64,000 nt of DNA from Phaeosaccion multiseriatum (taxonomy: Eukaryota; Protista; Ochrophyta, other classes): assembly GCA_965112735.1 (NCBI GenBank), contig OZ218951.1, positions 4,154,001 through 4,218,000 of the forward strand. The letters are read 5' to 3'. Both the position numbers and the translations under genes were made by a program. Each line of letters starts with the position of its first letter. Position 1 is the first letter of the stretch. Below are positions 50,843 to 62,108 of this stretch, piece after piece. The notes under the pieces were generated by a model. The model saw only the letters and a list, made by a program, of their open reading frames with translations, ran no database searches and was not told the DNA's origin.

Positions 50843-53800
50843 CGGCAGCCGCAGCCGTAGCGCAGTGAGAGCATCCCCGAGGGCGGCGTTGGCGAGAAAG
50901 CACTCCCCCCAGGGTAGCCGCATAGGCAGCAGTGAGAGTAGCAGCAGCGGTAGCAGCACCAGCTGTGAAAGTGCTGCGAGCCACGCCGTTGGCAGTGCTC
51001 CTCCTGCTGGTGGAGTAGTTTCTCCTGTCTCTGCCAGTGCGAGTGCTAGTGCTAGTGCTCGTCGGAAACGAGGCAGTCCGGATGTTGCAGAACAAGAAGA
51101 AGCAACAGCAGCCCCTACTGACGGGAAGGGAGATGCAGTAGCGGCCCCACCAGTAGAAACGGCCAAGCGCCAGCGGACGGAGCCAGCAGTTGGCGAGAAA
51201 GAATCCATCACGCCAAAGGGAGGGGCGCTTGTGACGGTGGATGGGGAGTCCGGCAGGAGCGGGCACGGCGACAACAGGGATGGAGACAGCTCCTCTATAC
51301 CCCCCCCCGGCAGTAACAGAGCCTCTCCCTCCCGGCCAGTTACTGCCGTCTTCGCTGCTGGCGAAGCACCAATACGCACGGTCCCTGTTGGCGACGACGT
51401 GGCGACGATGTTGCCTTCCGCGCAGCAAAAGGCAGGTGTAGAGGGGCAGGTGGTGGAGGGGGCGGGAGCCAATGGTGGTGATGAAGACGCAACAGCAGGG
51501 AAGAGAAGGGGGGAGGTCCAGGCATGTGCGAGTCCGAAGGAGCAGGTACCACCACGCTTCGCCCACCAGCAAGCCCCGACGATGAAGGACCGAAGCAAGG
51601 CCCCTCCTCTATCTAAAACTAGCACAGCAAGCAGAACCAGCAGCACCAGCACCACCAGTCATATGGGCAGCGCCGGCAGCAGTGTCAGCGGCAAAGCGGG
51701 TGGTACCACTTCTTCAGGGCCTGGTGCTGCATCTGCATCAGCCGCCAACCCACCTGTAACAACCGTCGGGCGCACTGGCAGCAGTAAACAAGTACAGGCA
51801 TCCTCAGCTTCGGGGGCGGCGGAGAAGGCCTCGACCACCGCTGTGGCGGCTGCGACCGATCCCGTGGGTGCAGGTGGGGGTGGGGGTGGGGGTGTTGTCC
51901 TTGTTCGGAAACCCTCCAACATCGTGACAGGGCTGCACTCCTTCACCGCTCTGCACAACAACAGCGATGGGAGCATTGGCAGCGGTTACGGTCACAGTGG
52001 GAAGGGATCCGGGGCCCCCGCGGCTGGGAACAGAAAGGTGAGCGTGCCGGCTCTGAAGCGGGCGGAGGAGGCGCGGGCAGCGGAGAAGAAGAGAGTAGCG
52101 GATAAGACCAAGGAGCGCCATCAGAGGGAGGCGAGGATTCGCCAGCAGGTGATAGATCAGAAGGAGAAGCAGATGCAGCACAAGGCCCAGCGGGCAGCAG
52201 CAGCAGCAGCAGCGGTGGTGCCAGTACCAACTGCAGGAAAAGAAGCCCCTGTCGCGACGAGTAGCGCTACTGCCAAGAGCAAGGCCGCAGCAGCAACCGT
52301 AGGTGGAGGGGGAGGAGGAGGAGGAGGAGGAGGGGGCGGGGGGGGAGAAGGCGGTACATCAGCCCCAAGCCAAGCGGCAACTGGACATGCTGCGCCTGCG
52401 ACCAAGCCCAAGGCAGCGGCAAGTACAGCAGCGATTGTGGGGCCAAGAGTGGCAGCGGCAGCGGGGGCAAAGAAAGTGGCGGCCTTGGCCTCATTCCCGT
52501 CTTCGTCTTCCTCCGTCTCTTCCTCACGCGTACCGTCGGCAGTGGCAGCAGCAGCAGCAGCAGGAGGAGGAGGAGGAGGAGGAGGAGGAGGAGGAGTACG
52601 AAGTTGTGCACTGACCACTGTCTTTGGGGCGTCGGTGGGGGGCAAGCTCAACAAAAATCTCATTGGCAGCGGCGGCAACAGAGGGGCGCTGGGCTTGAGT
52701 CAGAAGGGCGGGCCACAGAGACCGTCCACAGCTGCTGCCGCTTCTACTACTACTGCTACTGCTGCTGCTGCTGCTACGGCTACTACTACTACTACTGCTG
52801 CTGCTGCTCGTTTGATGAAGACGCCAGCGCCTCAGGTCTCGTCCGGCAGTCGAGTGAGTGTCTTGAGCAGCACCGGCGGGAGCGGCGGCGGGGGTGGCAT
52901 AAAGGGCAGTGTGTCAACCAGCAGCAACTTCAGCAGCAGCAGCAGCAGGACGAGTGTCTTGAGTACGGAGGATCGTGAGCGTCAGATACGCGAGAAGAAG
53001 GAATCCATCGCGGCCAAGAAGAGGCAGAGAAGCGTGGAGGATAGCAGCAAGAAGGGGTCAACGGCGGTGGGAACAGCAGCAGCAGCAGCAGCAGGAGGAG
53101 GAGGAGGAGGAGGAGGAGGAGGAGGAGGAGGAGAGCAGGACTTGAAGCGACGGAGAGTCCAGCAGCAAGAGCCAGATGGTGAGGAGGAGAGGGAGAAGGA
53201 AGCGCGAGAGCGGCAGCAGCGATTACAGGCAGAAGAAGTGAAGGCGTCGCAGAGAAGAGAGGAAGAAGAGGAAGAAGAAGGAGGAGAAGAAGAGGCAGCG
53301 AGGAGGAGGATGAGGAGGAAGGCAGCCGAAGGCGCCGCCGCAGCAGAGGAGGCCCTAGCGGCGCAGAGGAAGGCCGACGCAACAGCCGCCGAGGCCAAAG
53401 CCACAGCCACTGCTGCTTCTGCTGCCACCGCGAAGGACGTTCGCTTGCAGCAGAAGTACAGGACGAAGATGTCTACCCAGACAGAGGAGGAGGCCGAGAA
53501 GAAGGCGGTGGCTGCGGCTGCTGCGCACCCCTTTCCGACACCGACCGCCTCAGTGACGCTGCCGCCCTTCTCGAAGGCAGGGCAAGGAGGAGGAGGTGGT
53601 GGTGGTGGTGGTGGTGGTGGTGGTGGGGGTGGTGGTGGAGGAGGAGGAGCAGGTGCGGTGATGAGCAGCCCCGCGGCGGCCAAGCCCCGGCGGGGGGCTG
53701 CTGCTGGTGCGGCTGCTGCTGCCAAGACGCCCGCGCATGGACATGCACAGCAGACTACGACGAGTATGGGTATGGGTAGCCCGCTGTCGCAGTCCACTCC

Positions 53801-54561
53801 TCAGCACCATCAGCAGCAACAACAATTGCAGTCCCCCTATGAGAACTACGAAATGTCAGACAGGGAGGACTCGGACGACATGGACGACGATAGCGAGGAG
53901 GGGGAGGGGGAGGAGGAGGAGGAAACGGCAGCAACGGCCACGCCCAAGAAGAAGCAGCACTTCCCCCCCTGGGCCAAGGGAGAGCAGCTCAAGCAAGCGC
54001 TGCACACGCAGTTCTGCGCTGCCAATGTGCCCGACCCAGACCTCATCTTCCCTCAGGTGTGTAGGTGTGTGGGTGTGTGTATGTGTGTGAGCGTGAGTGT
54101 GTATGTGTATGTGTGTGTGGGTGGGTTGGTGGGTGGGTGCGTATATGTGTGGGTGCGTGCGTGCGTGCAGTCTCCGGGTGCTGCTCTTGCTTCCTGTATG
54201 TTACTCCTCTCTTCCTTTTTTGCGGTACTCATACTTCCGTAATGAACCCCCCACCCAACCAACCAACCAGGTGGAGTCATGCGACCTAGTAGATATCTTT
54301 CCTCACGTGGTGAAGCGCAAGTTCGTTACTCGCAACAGCACGGGCCACTGGGGGCATGACCGCTGCACTCCTGCCGAGCTACTCCTGTACAAGAGGGGCA
54401 TGGGCTATGGAGGTAGCGGTAGCGGAGGGAACGGCAGCAGCGGTAGTAGTGGTAACAGCGCGAGCGGGAGAGGGAGCGGCAGTGGCAGCGGTAGCGGCGG
54501 TAGTAGCAGCAGCAGCAGCAGCAGCAGTGTAAACATCAAGGACCAGCGGAAGGGAAGATGA
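48393..54561 (+). CDS. INCENP-like protein (C-terminal IN-box/Aurora-binding region) with an N-terminal-half SAP domain
   Basis: ATG 48393; exon 48393-54056; GT-AG intron 54057-54270; exon 54271-54561. IN-box YENYEMSD..DSE..PPWAKGEQLKQALHTQ..DPDLIFPQ|VESCDLVDIF..RNSTGHW..D. Charged coiled coils precede it. Confidence 0.8.
49560..49646 (+). repeat. Near-perfect (GAA)n microsatellite encoding poly-Glu
   Basis: Visible directly in the sequence, in frame within the INCENP-like ORF. Confidence 0.95.
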
Positions 54562-55444
54562 CAAGACGCGAATCATCGTCGAACAAGTCCTTAAAATCAA
54601 TCCTATGGGAACTTCTTACATATACAGAGACAGGGAGAGGGAGACGGGAGGGGGGGATGTACAAAAGTGATGAGGGGAAGGAGGAAGGAGGAAAGAAGAG
54701 TGCAGCAAATGCCAGTCTTCTCGTTCAAGCATTGTACCGATCGATACGTGTGTGCGACTTGTCACCGGAGGGTAGAAGAGATGGAGACATATCAACAGAC
54801 GCAGGGATTGTACGCGATTGGGGCAGCCAGCTTCGCTGCCTCTGCCCGAGATAAACATCAGCACACACTGCAGCACACTTAAGGTATCTCTACCCCGCTG
54901 GACAGTGTTTCAGTTTCAGTTTCGTAGAGCTCGATGAGGGCGGGCGGGGGGGCAAGGGACAGGCCATGAGTGCACGCGTGCACACGTGCACACACCCACC
55001 TTTGCCTGCTTGAGTCAAAGGCCCTCCAATTGAGCCAGCAGCTCTCGTCCCTCCGCCGCTTTCAGCACTCACTCACTCACTCACTCAGGTACAAAGGTGT
55101 TCGAGCGCTCTTGCCCCCACTTTGTGATCGCTCAACGTGCCGTAGAATACCAGCACGAAGCGCGTCTTGACTACCCAACAATGCTAACAGAGAGAGAGAA
55201 GGGGGTCGACACCATTCGTCCACTAGATGCATGAGAGGAATGGAGGAGGGCCATCCTCTTACATCATACTATGTTATATTTTAATGATGAGCTATATTCT
55301 ATGTACAGTCACACATCCCCCACGACCTGCACCCGGGCCAGCCGCCCTGGTGTCTTGCTCTTGTTTGAAAGAAGTGAAGTAGGAAGTGTGGCACACCCAA
55401 TACTTTTGTACCTCCTCCTCAAGATGTACTTCCTCCACAGCACG

Positions 55445-57016
55445 TCAACATATAACGCAGGGATCTGCGGTTGCAGCTTTAGACATTCGATACCCGTAGT
55501 ACCTGTCCTTTCCCTTCCGCAACACCCTCGTTGGCGTTGGCCTGGGCTCAGGCTCTGACTCCGCCCCCGCCTTTGGACATACCGGCTCTTTCCCCACAGC
55601 CCTGTCATTCCCACCCCCCGACGCCGCTCCTCCTCCTCCTCCTCCACAAGGGACGAGGGTGCCGATAAGCATCGATGCCCAAAGCTTGTTGGCAGCCTTG
55701 GTGTGGAAGCGCATGTCCTCGCTGCAGTCGGCCAGCCCCCCTGCCCTACGCAATATGGACCGCTTCCCCCCCGGGTGAGCGTCAAGGTATCTCGTAACGT
55801 CGTACACTTGATCGCCACACACCAGCCACGCGTTCCCCGTGGTGCGATGTCTCTGCACCTCACACATGGTGAACGATCGCTTGCAGGCCAGAGCTGCTGC
55901 TGCCAGCAGAGTGGGAGAGGGCGGCGCAGTCGACGCGTCGTCCAACGACTCCTCGAAACCGTCTTTCTTCCCTCCCGGTCGACACACCGACACCCCAATA
56001 AAAGAGGAGGGCGACCGAGAGGGGGAGGTCGAGGAGGAGGAGAAAGCAGGACCTCTCGTGGCTGGACTATCCCTATCCGCCCGGCTACCGCTGCTGCTAT
56101 GCCTTTGACTCAGCCGCCCGCGCTTCTCGCTGCACTCTCTGCAGCCTGCCACGCTGCACACGTCTTCGCAATACGAGCACGCGTCGCACACGGTGGGCAC
56201 CTCCACAAAGTGAGGCGAGCCCGAGGCGGGGTCCACAGCGATGCGCTTGGCAAGCTCCTCCGCTGCAATCGGAGCGACGGCTGCGGGCGCCGTAGATGCT
56301 GCATTCGCTTCTTCTGTTGCCTTGGAGCCGCCGCAGCAGCAAGCGCCGGTTCCTCCTGCTATCACCCCACATTCGCAGGAGCAGCACGCGGCCCTACTGC
56401 TGCTGCTGCTGCTGCTGCCACTCCTGCTTTTGCTACCAACGCTATTGCTCCTGCTCCTGTACGACGGCCGTCTCAGCGCCGCGGCAGCCCCCTGGTCGGC
56501 CCCTTCCGGCACGGTGCTGGCAGCCTCCTCAATGTCTCCCACCTCCTCCTTCCCCCCTCCCTGTTCCTCCTCTCCCCCTCCCTGTTCCTCCTTCCCCATC
56601 CCGGAGAGTCGGCCGGTACAACAGCCCTCTTCCCGGTGCTGCCGCCGCCGCTGCCGGCTGTCGTCCTCCTTGTCGCGCCCCGACATACCCGATCTTTGGC
56701 CCCTGTCCCTGCCCTGGGTCCCCGACAATTCTTCGGTGTCCTCCCCGAAGTCCGAAACGCTTGGGCTCCTGGTTCCACCGCTCCGAGGGCTCATGGACAC
56801 CGTCGTGGACCTCGTCCGCCTCTCCCTCATTCCCCCCCCCTCCTTCCCCTTCCCCAGCAGCTGCTTCTCTCGCTGCTGCCGCCTACACACGCCTCGCTCC
56901 TTCTCCATCCTCCCTCCGGCACCAGTCGAACCACAGCAGGAGCTCCTGTGGCGGGCGCACGAGATGCACCCCTCTTGGGCCGAGGCCTCCATCCGTAGCT
57001 GCAGGTCTACAGCCAT
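55445..57016 (-). CDS. Cytochrome b5-like heme-binding protein with a Cys-rich segment and C-terminal CaaX (CVIC)
   Basis: Intronless ORF; first ATG at 57016 (the track start is a GTG). b5 domain FTMCEVQRH...AWLVCGDQVYDVTRYLDAHPGG.RSILRRAG..DCSEDMRFH..LIGTL carries both heme-ligand histidines. Confidence 0.85.
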   Translation of the reverse strand: MAVDLQLRMEASAQEGCISCARHRSSCCGSTGAGGRMEKERGVCRRQQREKQLLGKGKEGGGMRERRTRSTTVSMSPRSGGTRSPSVSDFGEDTEELSGTQGRDRGQRSGMSGRDKEDDSRQRRRQHREEGCCTGRLSGMGKEEQGGGEEEQGGGKEEVGDIEEAASTVPEGADQGAAAALRRPSYRSRSNSVGSKSRSGSSSSSSSRAACCSCECGVIAGGTGACCCGGSKATEEANAASTAPAAVAPIAAEELAKRIAVDPASGSPHFVEVPTVCDACSYCEDVCSVAGCRECSEKRGRLSQRHSSSGSRADRDSPATRGPAFSSSSTSPSRSPSSFIGVSVCRPGGKKDGFEESLDDASTAPPSPTLLAAAALACKRSFTMCEVQRHRTTGNAWLVCGDQVYDVTRYLDAHPGGKRSILRRAGGLADCSEDMRFHTKAANKLWASMLIGTLVPCGGGGGGAASGGGNDRAVGKEPVCPKAGAESEPEPRPTPTRVLRKGKDRYYGYRMSKAATADPCVIC

Positions 57017-57204
57017 CCGAGCGTAAGCGCAGAAGTGCGCATGCTTCGGGGTTGGGTATTTCGGGGGGGGGCCCAGAGAAGCGTGTGCCGATGCATCGAA
57101 ATATAGGAAAGATGGAATTGACACGCTTACGTCCCCCCCTGGGTTTCTGTGAAAATTTTATTGGAGCACCAATGTGCCAACTTTTCTCCTCCTCCGATTT
57201 CTTC

Positions 57205-57457
57205 GGCTCCCCGCAGGGCTTCTCTGGCCCCCCGAGCAGAAGCCTGAGGCGGCCTGCGGCCCAAAGCAAGAAGCCCGGGCTGGCCTGCGGCCAGAAGCCT
57301 GCATAATCTCCCCCCCCCCTGAGCCCCCCTGAGAAGCCTGAAGCCCAGACCGCTGGCCTGCGGCGCAGAAGCCCGCGCTGGCCTGCGGCCAGAAGCCCGA
57401 AGCCTGGAGGCAGCTATGGCCCAGAAGCCCGGAGCCCGAGAAGCCCTGCGGGGAGCC
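57205..57457. mobile_element. MITE/foldback-like element: 20-bp perfect inverted repeats enclosing degenerate tandem repeats
   Basis: GGCTCCCCGCAGGGCTTCTC (57205-57224) is the exact reverse complement of 57438-57457. The interior has about 7 degenerate AGAAGCC(..GCTGGCCTGCGGC) units. ATTTCTT lies just outside both ends. Mobility is inferred. Confidence 0.55.
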
Positions 57458-57478
57458 AAATTTCTTACGATCCTCTTT

Positions 57479-60400
57479 TTATTTGGTGTGCCCCACGAGC
57501 TTTCCTCTGTCCTTAAAGTCCTCCGGGCGCTCTCCGCTGTGAAGGTAACTGCACCTGCTCCCGTTTTTGCACCTGTTATCAAATCTGCACCTGACTGTCT
57601 TATACCGGACAAAGTGACCACTATTACTACCCGGGTTGCCTTTGTTCCCATTGCCCCCCCGCCGCGCCCCCCCTGCTCCTCTTCCCCCCTTAGAACCATC
57701 GTCTCGATCACGTGGTGGCCTGTAGCGGTCACATCCGTCATCCTCTCCTCTGTCGTGGTCATGCCCCCCCCTGCTGCCTCTGCGTTGCTGCTGCTGGTGG
57801 TGGTTCCGTCCATGCTCGCCCTCCCGCTCCCTACTGTACCCCGTCCGTGCGCCCCTCTGTCCCCTATCCTCCCGACCTCTGTCCCTGCCATCCTGTCCGT
57901 CTCCCCCCCTGCCTCTCCCTCTGTTGTCTTCCTCCCTGGGCCTCTTCCTACTGTCTGCTCCACTACTTCTTTGCCGAGGTGAGGAGCGTCCCTCCCAGGG
58001 CCGGTCCTCCCTTGCTGCTGCTGTATCCATGTGCGGCGGTCGCTCCCTGTGGCTGCTTCCACCACCACCACTGCCGCCATTTCCGCCCCCTTCCTCCTCC
58101 CTAAAGTGCGTCTCTTTCCCCTCCTCCGTCTGCAGCTCTGCGTCCGCTCTGCTGCGCTTTCTACTTGCCGCAGGAACCCCCCCCTCCTCCTTGCCCTCTC
58201 CGTTCACCTGTTTCAGCTTCTCTTCCCCATTCTCCTCGCCGCCCTCATCTCGTTCTTCGTCTTCGCAGTCTGGCTTGTCTGGAAAGATCACGTTCAACAG
58301 GTCGTCCGGCTTGACTTCCGAAGAGTGCCCACTTCCTGCTTCAGCACCTGATGCTGCCGTTGCACTCAAGGAAGAGGAAGAAGAGGCCACAAGAGGGGCC
58401 TCAGCAGCCGCAGCAGCAGCAGCACCACCACCACCACCAGCAGCGGCAGCAGCATCTTGTACAACCCCCCCTGACCCGGTGTAAGCCCTCATCATCTCCT
58501 CATCTCCCTTTTCAAGTTGTTCCCACACATAATCAGTCATGACTCTCGCCAGACCGTGCGCTTCTGCTGCCTTGGCTGCTTCCTGGGCTGCTTCGTCATC
58601 CTCGGTGTTCACTACGCCCTGCACCCCTCCGCCTTGGATCAAGGGTCCCTTCAGTCGTTGCGCAAGCGTCACCTTGTCACGGTGACACCCCACCACCGCC
58701 AGTAGGCCAGGGTAGGTCTCCTTCAGGCTATCGAACAAGGCATCGCCTAGGTGTTTCGTCCAGAACTTTGGACGCTGTCCGCGCCGTATCTGCAAGGGGG
58801 AGACGGAGGGAATGTTGGGGTGTTGGGTGTTCGGGGAGTGGGAAAGAAAATGCGCATTAGAACAAAGCAACGCTATGCACAAAAGGATAAGCGAGCAAGC
58901 AAGCACACAAACCAACAGGGCGCTGAGCTGCGGAACTTGGGAGTACAGACGGACGAGAGATAAAGAAATGCCGACGCTATACTTACAAATGGCACCAGTC
59001 TAGTCTCTGGTTCAGGAGCCTCCTTTCCCTTTCCCTCCTCCCCCTCCTTCACTGCTGCTGCGGCTGCCATGTTGTTGAGAGGCCCAGGCGGGCTCCACGG
59101 AACCTCGGGGCGAACAGGTAAGCGTGACTGTACATCAAGCAAACGCATCGTGTGAAGGGCGGGGGGAGATGAGGCGACGCGAATCGATCAGAATAAGACG
59201 TCATTCATGCCGTGGAAGGAGGGAGAGAGAGCGCCCGGACCTTCTATCACTCAAGCTTGGACGAAGAAACGTTGGCTGATATATCGATACGTACGGTGTT
59301 GCCTGTACGGGTACATGTGCATCCATGAATCACCCACCTGCTGCTGCTCCAGAACCCTTCGGGCTTCTTCTTGCTTCCTCCTCTCAGTAAAGCTGGTCAC
59401 TTGCTCCTCGCCTTGCGCCGGCCCAAGCCGCCCCGGGGATTCTTCAGCTTCATATGCAGGATTTGTAAACCACCGACATTCCACGAGCTCACCCCCATGT
59501 TGATCTCGCCAGCGTACTCTCCCTGTGCCACCGAAGCTATCAATGGGAGGCAGGGACTGCGCGCCCTGCTGCTGCCCCGTCGCCGTCTCGTGCTGCTGCT
59601 GCCCTCCCCCCCCCCCCGACTGCGACGAACTGCTCTGCTGCTGCCCACCCAAGCCAAGGCCTCCTCTAGCCACACTCCACACTGCGTCCTGACGCCCGGT
59701 GCTCAAAGAGCTCATGGCCGCCCTCGGAGAGCTGTGTGTGTGCGTGTGTGGTATATGTGTGAATTGTGTGTGGGTGCATGTGTATGTGTGTGTGTGTGTG
59801 CAGTTGGAGCAACAAGGGGAAGAGAGGAGGGGAACGAAGGGAGGGGAGGTCTAAGGGAGGCAGGGCCGAAAGCTGCTGAAGGGCAGGCACCAAAACAGAT
59901 GTCCAAAAGTAATAGAACCGCCTCCCATATTCGAGACAATTGATACGAATTTGTTTGGCGAGTCATTTGCGCATTATCATATTCTACACGGTACTACGCA
60001 CCTTGCCGGTTTGTTTTGTGCACCACCAACATTAAAAAACGGCCCCAGAGTTTCCTGAAAAAGGTCGTTACCGGCCTCGTTCTTCTCTCTGTCTTCTTTC
60101 TTCCTCTTCTGTCGACGAAACAAGAGCAGCAAAAAAAGGGGAGCCAGACAAGAGGAGAGGGGTGTGTGTGTTGAGCTGAAGGCTTGAAGGCTTGGCAAGG
60201 CCCTTTATCATTACAAGATCAGGCCTTGAAAGAAGTCGTCTGCTTCCTCTTTATCATCCTAGTCGGTCGGCTCTTACCTTTCTTTCATTCTCTGCCTTGA
60301 TGTCCTCCTCCTTCTGCTTCTTCTGCGCCTCCACTCTCCTTTGCTTTTCCAACCTCCGGCCCAACTGAGAATTGGCCTTGGGCTTAGCCTTCCTCCCCTC

Positions 60401-60521
60401 AGCCAAAGCGCTTTTAGGCTTGTCCTTTTCCGTCCTCACTTTGACAAGCGTGCCCACTGATTGAGGCTTCCCCTGACCCGAGTCCCCTCGCCCCGCCGCT
60501 CCTTTCCTTCCTCCCCTCCCG

Positions 60522-60556
<35 letters not shown>

Positions 60557-61640
60557 CCCCTTCTCGAGACCCTCTCCCTCCGCGCGCTCCGAAGATCGTT
60601 CCGACGTGGTGTAACCCCCCGACAAGGAAGAGTCCGAATCTGACGAGGGGGAGTGGGAGTGGGACACGAAAGGCCGAGCGTCGCTGGCCCTGTTGCTGCT
60701 GGGGGTGCTTTTGCGACTTTTCTGCTTATCTTTCGGGTCCTCCGTGCTTTTGTACTTGTCTCGCAACGACTTGATGACAGTCTTCGCCTGGGATAAAAGA
60801 AAGAAGTGTACACAATTGAATTGTATCGGGTTTGCATACAGGCAACGAAACAAATTGGGGGGTGAGGCGGAACAGCGAGACAATCCACGTTGACAGGACC
60901 TGTCAAGAGCCCCTCACCGAAAAGCCTTTGGTGATCTTCCCTCCTTCACCTCCTCCTTCTCCTCCCCCCCCCCCCTCCCCTCTCCTTTGCTCCGCCACCT
61001 CCCCCCTCCTTGTTTGCCAACATGCCTCGTACCCTTGGGCTCCAGCACATTTTCCATTTCACTTGCTCCAATGCGTTGTTGAACTTGGAGTTTTTGATAA
61101 GGCTCTTGCTCACCGGCAGATCATGGAGGAGCTTGAGGAGCTTCAGCAACGCCTTTTCTTCCTTGCTTTCGTCCTGCCCCTTTGCCCATTCGGGCAGCTG
61201 CTCCCCTTTGTCGTTCGCCTCGGTTATCCAGCTGGGAAGCTGCTCATTGAAAACAATTTTCAGCACCACATAGGCCGACCCTGAGTCCGCCCCCTTGAGC
61301 TCGCGAATGAGGTCGCGAATGAGGTCGTGTCGCTCTACAGACAGCTTGCCTTGGAACCGGTCCAAGAGTGCTTGCGCCTTCGCCGGGAGGATCTGTGTGG
61401 AGAGTTCCCAAAGCAAGTGTGCGCCGACATGAGCAAGAGGAGGACATCGTACAATATAAAAAACAGGCGTCAAGCACCACCCAAGCCGCAGTCAGACCTC
61501 TTTTCTCACTGTCCGTAGCCCTGCGCTCCGCCCCCGCCGCTCACCTTCTTTCCTCTGCTGTCGCTCTCTGCACCACGGGTCGTTCCACTGCCTTTGCCAT
61601 CTCTGCTGCTGCTGCTGCTGCTGCTGCTGGACTTGGTCAT
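57479..61640 (-). CDS. PNUTS/PPP1R10-like protein (TFIIS-N-like domain, RVxW PP1-docking motif, CCCH zinc finger)
   Basis: Exons 61640-61545, 61392-61033, 60787-60278, 60108-60002, 59731-59338, 59127-58987, 58789-57479, all GT-AG with compatible phases. Motifs LLKLLKLLHDLPVSKSLIKNSKF, RVRWRD..L...RWF, VPWSPP, and CRFDNRCKNGSRCSYLH. The exon-2 donor is the least certain junction. Confidence 0.7.
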
Positions 61641-62108
61641 GGTGTGTTCGGGGCTCTGCTCAAAACGGGGCTCAAAGGTCTCCTCAACCTGGAGTACGCA
61701 TCATTTCTTCTCTCTTTACCCTCTCAGCTCACGTGCTGATGACACCTAATCCCACATCTCAGCGGACTGTTTCTCTCTGAGCGATGAGAAGGCTCACATT
61801 TGCTTGCGGCGCTCCCCCTCCTTGCTCGGCGGGAAGCTTTCAAAATCCAACGAAGATCTCTACTCCCGCCCAAGCTGCTTCTCCTCAGTATTGAGGCGAA
61901 CACTATTTTACTCCTCTGAATTGCTGATAAATCTGCGCTCCATTTCTTTTCTCCACTGTTGCTTTACACTGTGCCCCGCGCAAGGGGATCGTAACCCCAG
62001 GGGGGGGCGCGCCTAAAATGTTGACCTTGGATTGTTATAAGTGATCGGGGTGTGATCATCATTGAGTATAGTATTTCCCCTCCCACATATAATAGGCAAA
62101 GGGAGAGT

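Noticed and set aside
55703-57306. 431-, 336- and 261-aa plus-strand ORFs
   Set aside because: Antisense to the cytochrome b5 gene, with no domain motifs.
57237-57437. Spaced repeats as a CRISPR array
   Set aside because: Units are degenerate, unique spacers are absent, no cas genes, eukaryotic context.
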